A stretch of DNA of 64,000 nt from assembly GCF_018977255.1 (NCBI RefSeq), contig NW_024704742.1, positions 91,576,001 to 91,640,000 of the forward strand, written 5' to 3'. The notes beneath the pieces were generated by a model, which saw only the letters and a program-made list of their open reading frames with translations, did not search any database and was not told where the DNA came from. Each line of letters starts with the position of its first letter. The stretch's first letter is position 1. Origin of the DNA: Callorhinchus milii (lineage: Eukaryota). Shown piece by piece: positions 12,901 to 24,900 of this stretch. Both the position numbers and the translations under genes were made by a program.

Positions 12901-15900
12901 ATATACAAATGAGTCAGGTGTTACTTGCACTTTGAATCATAGGTTTCAACAGAAGTAATTATGATTTTTCACGAGTTCCCTTCTTAGAAATCCTGTTAAC
13001 AATAGAACTGATAATCAATGTTAACTCTGGAGTAATTTTAGCTTTCAACCACTGGGTACTTTTTTACAAATTGATAAAAAGCACAGATAGTTTGGAACTA
13101 CCTCAGCACTTAGCTAAAAGGTGTAGTGTTACTATAAACAGGAAAGGTTCATTGAACCTTTCTCCAGACATCCGTTCAGTGTGCTGTAATCAACAACAAC
13201 AAAATTGCATTTGTAGAGTGCCTGTCACGTCGGGAGTACGTCCCAAGGCGCAGTGTTTCGGAGCCCCCTGAGCGGAGGGAGGGGGCAGTATGGTAGGGGG
13301 TTAGGAGGTCACAGAGGTAGGGGGGAAGCAAGGCCGTGGAGGGCTTTGAAGGCGAGGACCAGGATCTTGAACTGAATCCTCTGTGTGATGGGAAGTCAGT
13401 GGAGTCGGGCGAGGATAATAATAATCCTTGCATTTGATATAGCGTTTTTCACATCTTCTAGACGTCTCAAAGCACTTCACAGAATATGCTGTAAAATGAA
13501 TTGACCGCATATTTGTGGGCGAAACGTGGCAGCCAATTGCGCACATCAATGTCCCACAAACAGTCATGGATTGAAAATGATCAATTTATTATTGTTTTTT
13601 GTTTTGGAGGGATTATCATCAGGCGTGTGGAGTAAGGAAACTTGCCCAAGGTTTCGCCCTGCCTGGAATTGAACCCAGGTGTCTCGCTTGCAAGGCGAGT
13701 GATCTAACCACTGAGCTACAGGACTCCTGGACTACAGGATGGGGGTGATAGGGACACTGAGCCTGGTGCGGGAGAGGACCCGGGCTGCAGAGTTCTGGAT
13801 GATCTGCAGCCTATGGAGGGAGGAGTTGGAGAGGCCGACAAGCAGGGAGCTTGCATAGTCTGTGTGTGAGACAGTGGCAGAGCTGGGTGATGTTGTGGAG
13901 GTGGGGGAAGGCTGAGCAGGTCATAGCACACATGTGGGGTAGAAAGGATAGTTGAGGGTCAAACACGATGCCAAGGTTCTGGACTGGCTCTGTGAGGTGG
14001 AGCGTGCATCCTTGGATCATGATGCTTACTGTCAGTACTTGAGGTGTGGAGTTACTGACGGGAGCCAATCAGGAAGGCCTCAGTTTTGTTGACATTCAAC
14101 TGTAGAAAGTTAGCTCATCCAGGACTTGACGTCTAACAGACATTCTGTCACGACAGCAGTGGTCCTGGAGTTGAGGGTGGAGGCAGAGAATTAGAGTGGA
14201 TGATGTCACCAAGAGGAAGCATATAAATATTGAAGAGAAGATCAAGGGCAGAGCCCTGAGGAACCCCGCATGAGACGGTGCGGAGGCTAGGGGAAAAGCG
14301 TTTTTGGAAATGAAGTGGATTCGGTGTGAGAGGTAGGATCTTAACCATTCAAGGACAGAACCATGAAGGTTGAGGTGAGAGGAGGCGGTGGAGCAGGATC
14401 GAGTGGTCAACGGTATCGAAGGCAGCAGAGAGGTCAAGGAGGACGAGGAGGCAGAGTTGGGCAAAATATCTTTTGTCACTTTGACCAAAGCTGTTTCTGG
14501 GTCATGCTTCTGTGACGGCAAGGAAACCCGATTGGAGGGGTTCATGAGGGGAGTGGCCGGAGAGGAAAGAGCGAAGCTGGAAAGCAACAACTCGTTTCAG
14601 GACCTTGGAAAGGAAAGGGAGGTTGGAGATCGGGCTGTAATTTGAGGAACCGGTTGATGATGTAGAAGTGGAACCTGCAGTCGTCCTTGGCCTCCAAGAT
14701 TGTCTTGGAGTACAAGGATGATTTAGTGGAGGTGAGGGTGGAGTGGTAGGTTTTGAGAAAGTCCAGTCAGTTCGGCCGATGGACCGTTAAATTAGGTTGG
14801 AGCCGGGTGCGTTAAGCGGCTAGCACCTATACCTTGTGGGAGCAAAGGTGGCTGGTGTACCAGGGTGCCTTCCTTGAGTAGGAGGTGGTCGGGAAGTGAG
14901 GGGAGCAAGGGCATCGAGAGTGGATGACAGGGAATTGTGGAGGAGAGTGACCGAGGAGGATTGGTAATTGCGGGAAGAAGCCCGGAGGGAGAGGAGTTCA
15001 GATGACTCCAACGCAGCGGAGAGGGAGGGTGGGGGAGATTTTTTTCTAAGGCAGTAGGAGATGGAGGTTGATTGGGTGGTGGTGGGGAGAGGGATTGAGG
15101 AGTTAAAAGAGATTAAGTAATGGTCCGAGATGGCTTTGTGGGTGATAGTGAGGTCCGAGACGGTGAGGTCCTAGGTGATCACCAGGTCGATGGGGTGACC
15201 GTGGACGTGGGTGTCGGAGTGGATGTGGAGGGAGAGGTTGAGGGAGCAGAGGAGGGAGTAGAAGTCAGAATAGGTAGAGTAGGAGGAGATGAAGGTTAAA
15301 GTCGCCTAGGATGAGGAGGCATTCGGAGCAGAGGGAGAGGATGGTGGAGATGTCGGGGGGAACGCGTTAGATAAGGAGAATTTTGAGGGAAAGATTGGAG
15401 GGATGGTAGAGGGGAAGGTGCTCAAAGGAGGGGAAGGTTCCGGAGGAATGAGGGGATAGGCCGAGCGGGGACCGGGAGATGAGAGCCACGCCACCACCAC
15501 AATGGTTAGGTCGAGGGTGGTGATGGAAGGTGTAGCCGGATGGTGTGGCCTGTGTCAGGGGGAAGGTGTCACCTGGAGTGATCCAGGTTTCAGTGAGGGC
15601 GAGAATGTTGATGTGTTCATCGACGATGAGGTCTTGGATGGTGAGTGTTTTGTTGGAGAGGGAACAGACGTTTTGGAGACCTTTTTGGCCAAGAAAACGT
15701 CGTGCTCTGCCACTGTCAAGCTCTCTGGGATGTTACCCTACATAAGGGTCGCTAGTTGTATAAATGCAAGTTGTTGTTGTTGTATGTTTCTAACATAAAT
15801 GGACAATTAATATTAGTAATACTTGGACTTAAGTCACTGCAAACAAAATACTTTTTAGTAATGTTCGATAAGCTAAAGCTGTTGGAAGGTAGCTCAGTGT

Positions 15901-18900
15901 CACTCCAAACATCTACTTACCCGAATAAATCTAATTTCTCTCTGAAACCCTTATGGTGGGGGGGGGGGGGAATCTTCTGTTAATTCTCAGGTTACTTTAT
16001 TATAATCCAATCAATAAATTTATATGGTGATTATTTATCAGAAAAAATGACCCACGTGTAACAGATGTTCATTTGTTGATTTCATTTTCATGTATTTGGC
16101 CTGTTTGTCTTCTGACATATTTTTGATGATGGTATCTGCTGCCTGTTTTTCCTTTTCGATTTCTTCATCTATAACTCGAATAAGATCTTCCTTCCTGCAA
16201 ACAGGAAAAGTAAGTGACAGTGTCAAAATCAATTTGTAATCTGGAAAATCAGAAATGTATTCAATTTGGGAAAATATAAAGAAATAGCTACAAAATACGT
16301 ACTCCATTATACTTTGCAGTAAAAAGATTTATTACAAAATAGCGTACATTTTGCTCCTATTTTTTCCAGGTTTATATAATAATAATCCTTGTATTTGATA
16401 TAGTGCATCATTGCATCTTTGAGATGTCTCAAAGCACTTCATAGAATATACTGTTAAGTGGATTGACTGTATTCTGTGAGGGAAATGTGTTAGTTTTGAA
16501 AAATCATTTAAGGTTTGCAAGTTTGGAAAAAAAACGTAAAAGGTTTGCAATTTAGGTAATATTGTTTGTGGAGATTTACAAATGTGCTCTCAATGCACAT
16601 TGAGGTAATACGAGGAATGTGCTCTGGCAATACCAGAAGCATCCGCTCACCTCTCTTCCAAAGCTACTTACTTGAGAGGACTAAACTCTTTTTAAAAGGG
16701 AGAAACAAAACAAAAATCCAGCACATGCTTTTTGTTTTCGATCTCCCTGTTTCCACCCCTGCCCTCCCCCCTCCCCACCCCGACCCTCAGCTTGGGTCCA
16801 CAACTCTGTCTGTCCAGTGCCTTGGGACATCCTCCCAACTTGAAAGGCGCTATACAAATGTAATTTTGTTGTTGTTTGGCTGTAACCAACCAAATGTTTC
16901 AAATATCAATTGAAGTAAAACGTCTAAAAATGTAAAACTTATCTGTTACTATATAAGTAAATATATAAAAGATAATAATAATCCTTGCATTTGATATAGC
17001 ACCTTATCACATTGAGACATTTCAAAGCGCTATACAGAACATATTGTAAATGATTGACCGTGTATTTTGTAATACATTTTATAACATGCTCAATTGTCAG
17101 TACTGCAAGCCATAAGAAATTGTTGATGACAATGTATTTACACATACAATGAATTCTCATCTCTTGTAAAACATATTTGTAACTGGTTTGAAAAGCTACT
17201 CTTTTATAGTGTGTAGACTATAGTGTAGACTTGTGGTGGCCAACCTGTGGCTCGCAGAGCCATCAAGAAGCAGCCTCTGAACATTCACATGAGACATAGT
17301 GTGATTTAGTTTTTTTCGTGATTGAATATTTCTTGATTCATGGCATAAATCAATAATAATAATAATCCTTGCATTGGATATAATGCTTTATCACGTCATT
17401 GAGACATTTCTAAGAGCTTCACAGAATATGTTGTCAAGTGGATATTCAATCAAGAAAATTTTTTTGTTGGCTGACCATAAAGGTTGACTACCACTGCTGT
17501 AGAAAGCTTGGCAAGTTTAAGATTTGATCAGAAATACATTGTAACTTCTTGTTGAGGATATTTTAATATTCCTTAAAAGTATAATTTTTATGGGTAAATT
17601 CTGGACACTTGTGACGGTGCTAGCACTCCTAAGGTACAGTACAGCAGATGCAGGATAAACTTCCTTCTATTTTTCCTATTTTCCTGATAACTTCAATCTC
17701 AGAATAGCAGCCTCTACTGCACAAGCATGATTCCCCTCTCTCCCATTTCCCATACCAGCTCTCTTTATAAATTTTGATTGCCATTTTGGTGTCAATTTTG
17801 AGCCAAATCGTGATTTTTTCCCCCTGATGTCTAGCAATTCTATGGAGATAGCTTACTATAGCCAGTGCTGATGGGACACTCATTTCATCATTCCAGTTCT
17901 ATTTTCCCTTTCAGAGTGCAGTATCTACCCCCTCTTACGCTTGTAATGGGATTTTGGCTTAACTGCCGCAATACTATTTTCACCCAAACTAATTTGTTTG
18001 TATTTTTTCAGATGCCAAAGGAGCAATGGGTAAATGTAATTTGCAATAAAACTGAAAATGAAATACCTTTACAATAGAAAATATCATCATTTACTCAGCA
18101 TTATAGCCACAAAATTATATTCAATATCACCAGTTAACAAAAACCTCACTAAGAATGGTTATTCATTGGTGTTATTCATAGAATCATAGAATTATACAGC
18201 ACAGAAGGAGGCCATTCAGCCCATCATGTCTGTGCCGGCTCTTTGAAAAGTGTTATTGAAACCAATCCCACTCCCCCACTCTCTCCCCATAGCCTTGCAA
18301 ACTTTTCCTCCCCAAATAATGATCCACTTCTCTGTTAAAAGTTGTTATCGGATCAGCTTCTACCACCCTTTCAGGCAATGCATTCCAGATCGGAACAACT
18401 CGCTGTGTGAAACAATTTGTCCTCGCCTCCCCTCTGTTTCTTTTAACAACTGTTTTAAATCGATGTTCTCAAGTTACCGACCCACCCGCCAGTGGAATTC
18501 TGTAGTATATTAAGTGCAACAATGTATTAAAGACTGAAAATCAGTAACACAAATCTTGTGACCCCTGACGTGTGTAAAACACATACCATCTCAATCACTG
18601 GATTAACTATTAACAGAAAATATTTAAACATAATGTTGTTCATTTATGTCTTTGACAGGCTTATATGAACCTGCTTTATGTAAGTCATCATTTTAAGAAA
18701 CAAAAATATTACCATACTTTGTAAATCTAGTTTATATATCCCTTGGTAAAAAAACACTGTAGTGGTACATTTTAGTTAATATTTAGCTGGGAATCCAATT
18801 TACATTTCGGAACAAAGGTCATCACTAAACTTTTTCTCATATGAACTGGGAAACATCAACTATCTGTTAGTTTGAAAGAGAACGTTGGACGATCATCTTA

Positions 18901-21900
18901 ACAGGTATGACTTTTACAGCGGATATAAATTATTTTCTTTTAAAGGGAGTAGGACTTTATGGAATTGTGTAGAAAATCAGATCTCCTTACTTTGTGTGTT
19001 TAAAGCATTGAAAACTGCTGAAAGTCTTTTTAGTGTTTTCTAGTTTAAACAAACAAGGTAGTCAATGATGAAAACACCAGTTTTAAAAAACAAATCTGAA
19101 ACTGCGATTGCTGCCTTATGTAGGACATGACGACTAAAGTTCTCGAGCTTGGGTTCCAGTTGAAATTTGGGAAGAATGCCATCATAGAGAACATTGGAGA
19201 AATCTCTTAGAAGTTCCAAAAGCATGGATAAAAGTTTCAGACATGGTAATAAAAAGATTGGGGTGTAAAAACATAATGTTTTGGAGGGGGAAGAAGAATG
19301 GAGCAGAAGTTGCATTTGAAATTCAGCTCAGAGTCAAACAGAACTGAGTTTTTTAAAATACAATATACATTTATATAGTGCCGTTCATACTGGGAAGACA
19401 CCCCAAATTGTATTCATGACCGTATCTCGTGAATTCATGACATGTATACATAATATTTCAAGGTTCACCATTGGTTCACCAAAAGATAAATTTACTTTAA
19501 TCTTTTCAAAATATTCATATTTTTCAATTTTAACCAGGATATCTAACTTTGTTGGTCTGCAATTTCCCATTAATTGCTATTTTATCATAAATATTTAATT
19601 TACACCCTTCCAGTGTCTCTTTCAAAGCATGGTTCACTTCTCCAGTATAAATTCCAACTTTCCCCTCCATATTACACAGTAGATTTACTTTAGTTTTCAC
19701 AAAACCCAGAGTATTGGTGCCCGGTGGACAAGTAATAGCTAGGAATGCGATATAACTTGCTTCCCATGCTAAAATATGATCACATTTTGGGTTGTAGCTT
19801 AGTGGTTGGAGCACTCACTTTGCAGGTGAGAGACCTGGGTTCAATTCCAGGCAGAGGGCGAAACCTTGGGCAAGTTTCCTTACTCCACACAGAGCCTAAT
19901 AATAATCCCTCCAAAACCAAAAACAATAATAAATTGATCATTTTCAATCTACGACTGTTTGTGGGACGTTGCTGTGCGCAATTGGCTGCCGCGTTCGCCC
20001 ACCAATATACAGTCAATTCACTTTACATTGTGTTCTGTGAAGCGCTTTGGGACGTCCTCCCGACGTGAAAAGCGCTATATCAAATGCAAAGATTATTATT
20101 ATTATTATTATTATTGTCAGGATGGTGCTGGCTACACTTCTCATGTGCTGCATATGTGTGCAAACGCAGGTGACTTTGTGACGAAAGGATGCTAGTGGCA
20201 CTTAAATATTAGCTTCTTGCACAAAGCTCGTATGTCCAGGGTGCAGGAAATGACATCAATGGTGACTTGACCACCTGGAAGACTGTTACGTTTTTGTGCT
20301 TCACTCAGAACCCACCTCTGCCTTTTAACAAAGTTCCCCTATAATCTATTCTCTCTTCTGGTATCTTCTGTACATCTTAGATAAATATTAACTAAAAACT
20401 TGTATTTTAACAGAACAAGGGCATGGCGAAACCCTGGTTTCAACTCTGGACTGGAATTCTCTTTATGACCACTGCTACAACAGCCTCATCCCTATGTGTT
20501 TTCAGTGGCACAATTGTAAGTATAGTAGCTTAATGAACACATGTTTATTGCATTTGCCAAGTAATTCTAAGTATTATAAAAACAACTTGACAATATGACT
20601 AGCATGTCTCAGTTTTCCCTTGTTTTCTTCTTTCAAAATCCTGGTTAAAGTCAACATAATTGTGACTTTACTCAATCTTCAATGTATCCTCAATTAATGC
20701 TCCAATATTGTTCTACCTGTTAGCAATAGTAAATCAATTGTCAATCATGTGCATTTCTGGATGGCACATAGCAAAACTGTTTATTTGCACATTTATTTAT
20801 CTGCATTGGACTGGAACTGGATGTTGGGCTGTGATACAGTCAAAATAATTCCGTCTGCACATCTGTAAAGTTTCACACTTCCTCAAAAGTCGTTAAAGAT
20901 GTGATCTAAATGCTCTTGAGTAGCATTCTTTGCGACTGCTTGCACATGTGCAGAACTGGCTTTTTCTCCAATTACACAAAGGTCAGTCTCCCAAAGTAAG
21001 TTTCACCCACATCCACCACTATCTCTCCACTTGGATATCAAGAACGTTATCCATGCCTTAATCAGATCCAGATTCCATTGGCCCCATCGGTGCCTGGCTC
21101 CATGACTCCCCAATTGCTAGCAGATTGAATTCAAAATCAAATCTCTTCAATAGCCTCACCCTACCGTTGACCTCTTCGTGCCTGCTTCATGTTCCCCACC
21201 TCGCTCGCCCCACTATTGGTGGGCGAGCCTTCTGCCACTATGCCTGCACCCTCTGGAACTCCATCCCTCTGTCCTCCGCCTCACCCCCTCCCTTGCCTCC
21301 TTCAAGACCCATCTCAACACCCTCCTCTTCGACCGTGCTTTCAATCTCCCTGCCGTACCCCCTACTTTCCACACTCCCCGAACCCCCAGCTTGGGTCCGA
21401 AACTCTGCCTGTCTAGTGCCTTGGGACATTCTCCCGACGTGAAAGGCGCTATACAAATGTAATTTTGTTGTTGTTGTTCTGCAACCCTACTGCCACAGAC
21501 ACTACCCTACTCAGCAAACACTTGCTTGCTTCGTGTCCCCCACAGAATCCACTCACCATTTAACCATTCTGTCCCCAGTCTCGCACATCTCTCCATCTTA
21601 GAATCCCTCCAGCTCGCCCCCTTCCTCCTTACCTTTAAACGTATCTTCTCAAATGTGATTTCGGTCGCCTTCCCCTTATCCCCGAGATCAGGTAGAGGGA
21701 AGATCATTCTACTCTCAAGTAATCCAAGATACTTTCACATACATTTGAGAATGAATTGTTGAAATTTAATAAGAATTAAATCGACAAAACATTCTGTGAG
21801 TTAACTAGACGTCAAACTCACAGAATAACAACTTTTGTTTTCTCCCACAGTGTGACTGCAGTGGAAAGAATCTTACCTTTATTCCTGATAACCTATCTGC

Positions 21901-24900
21901 AAACATAACCAAGTTAATCCTCACTAATAACAATATTTCTTTGACTTATCGTGATGTTCAAATTCTTCGGAATTTAACACATCTGAAAGAACTGTACCTT
22001 GGATACAACCTGATACAAAGTTTATCTTCTGAAGTATTCAGCAAGTTAAAAAACTTGGCTATATTGGAACTACACAATAACTGCCTCACATATCTGGATA
22101 GTAATGTTATGCCATCATCGAATTTAACACATTTAACAATATATGGAAATCAATGGAACTGCAGTTGTTCCCTTCTAGATTTACAGACATGGATCAATCG
22201 CTCAAAAGCAATTTTAGGTAAGATTTACTTCTATTAACCTTTTTTAAAGCTCTGTTAGACTCATCCTCAGACCCCTTTTGTTCTGCTAAATAGTCTTACC
22301 ATCTTTATTTGTTTTACACCTGCTACAGTGAAATGATATGGTGAATTAATGAAATTAATCTGAATGTTTTTAGTTTAGAAAAAAACGCATACATCTGTTT
22401 TAGGGAATTTAACCAGTACAACATGCAAAACCCCTGAAAAAATGAAGTACTTCACTATCGAGACAGCTCCCATCAACCAAAGTGAATGCTTCTCTGCATC
22501 TAAGAGTACTCCTGCTATCACTAAAAGCAACTTTATTACAAACCAGTCTGTGACGATGCATGTTGTTGGATCACAGACTTCTGCTGTGACTACACAAAAC
22601 ACCACGAATAATCAGAAAGATGGATCAGGTAAAATACAATTTTTGTCTGAAGTTACTTGCTGGTATGTTTATAAATAACACAAAACTAGCTGCCACATTT
22701 GCCTACAAAAATGCACAGTCCCTACACTTTACAGTGAAGCACTTTGATACCTTCTCCTGAGATAAAAGGCACAAAGTGATGATTGACAAGTGATAAGAAA
22801 GGAGATAAGTGATTTTACCCCACAAGCCCATCCAATGCTGGTCAGAGAGCACAGTTTCAAACAGCCAACACAGTGATAATGGGCCAAATGACCCTTTGTG
22901 CTGTAAATGGTTCAATGAATATAGGTGTTTATGAATCATTTCTGTTGGTATATCCCATGGTTCTGTGTGTGTTTTAATATTCAGATAATTGTGGTCCACT
23001 GGGCTTTAGTGTATTTAGCATTTTTGGAATTAATAACATTTGTAGATTAGTGTGGACTTAACCATCATTTCAATAAAGAGGGGAAGAGAGTCCCTCTCAA
23101 AAAACTGCCATTCAATACTTGAAAACAAACCAGCAACAGAGAATCACCATATAAATGCAGCACTGAAACCATGTGCAAACCACATTCCAAATACTCACTA
23201 CATTTTGAGACCTCTGCTGCCTCTTATCATCACAACAATGGCCGGCTAATTTCCACCGTATTTTTGTTAATATCCAATACACTTCTGCACTTTGCCTGGA
23301 TTTTTTTTAAAGCTACATACAACTCTCCTAAAACATAGGGCAGAATTTGCCCTTGTTGATCAAGAATGTAGACAGTAATTCCACTTTTCAGGTTCACTTA
23401 AATATAACTTATATTTGGTCCAGTCAAAATAACTTGCACCTAAGCTTACACCAATATGCAAAGTATTAACACTCGATACTAACAAATACTGTATTACGAC
23501 TTTCTAACTTTATTATTCTTATTGAAAGATCGACATAGAATTGGAAAATCTTGGAAACTCCTGTTGACCATTATGGCTGGCTCAGCTGGTTCCTCTTTTC
23601 TACTAATCATCATTGTAAAATGCTTCAAATGGTACAAATGGCTCTCTGCCTACGACCACCATAAATTGAGGGAAGAACCAGAGCTGATCATGGAAAATCC
23701 ATCTGAGATAGGTTTGAATAGTGTTCCATGGGCCACAACTACAGATGAAACCAATGACCAAGAAGAGGAAACAAAGACAACCACGTACAAGCTTCCTGAA
23801 GACGATGATGGATATATTGAAGATGTTTATATAGATACAATAGAATTCAAAGATTATGAGGAGTAAAAATGATTTATGATCTGGGTTGTAGTATAAGATT
23901 TGATATCCAAGGTGGCAGCCTCTGTCAGGTACAATTAAGGCTGATTAAGTTAGAACAGCCAACATTTTAACTACTACTTTAGCATATTTAGCTCTGCTTT
24001 CCCTCAACACACTGGCTGTAGTTTGTGCAACAAAACTATTTCCCCAAATTCACATAAAATCATGTGAGGATATGGGAAGTCAAGATCAGGAATATCATAA
24101 CAAGAATTTATAAAAAATCTCCGTAAGTCATAAAAATATCCATACATCTTACTATTCTCCTAAAATATTTATCATCTTTCTTTAGGAGAAGAAAATTGTC
24201 ATATTCATCCAATTTCTGTGAATCTGTTAGCTATGTTTGTTCAAAATATATACAAAGGTGCACACAAACATAAAAAGGTGCATTTTTTCCAACTGACTGC
24301 ATATGGTAGTCCACAATATTGAGATGTCTATGTTTGAAGATAGAAAACAAGGATAGACAACTGTTAGAAGTTACCTTTGATCTACTTAGGACTAAGATAG
24401 CTATTCAAGTGCACCAGATTAGAATGAAGTTTGGAATATAAAGAATGAATATCCCACTTTCAAATGTATGCATGCATACATCTCAGATTTTAACATTTAC
24501 TCTTTCTCAACGCCTTTTCTCCTTAACCAGTGAATTGATGTAGCAATGAGAAGAACCTAAAAATGATAAACCGCCAAAATGGAGATAATTTAAATTAAAA
24601 AATGGTATTAGAATCCAAATTAAAATCTTTAAAAAAAATCTGATAAATTGAACTGATTAGTGATAGAAAAGTAAACTTTGATGAATGAATCTGAACTCGT
24701 AAGCAGAACATAACATATAGGAGCAGGAGTAGGCCATTCGGCCCTTCGAGCCTGCCTCGCCATTCAATCATGGCAGATCTTCTTATCTAACTCCAGCTAA
24801 TAACCTGACCCTGCCTTATCCCCATATCCCTTAATCCCTTTTGCAATAAGAAACATATCTATCTCAGTCTTGAGTATGTTCAAGGACTGAGCGTCAACAG

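Noticed and set aside
19959..20195. Recurrent peptide [22 protein letters not shown]...KCKDYYY as a small gene family
   Set aside because: Chance translation of the SINE 3' body
22372..22378. Upstream AG acceptors for the LRRC19 stalk exon
   Set aside because: They give an immediate stop or a frameshift; only the AG at 22402-22403 keeps frame
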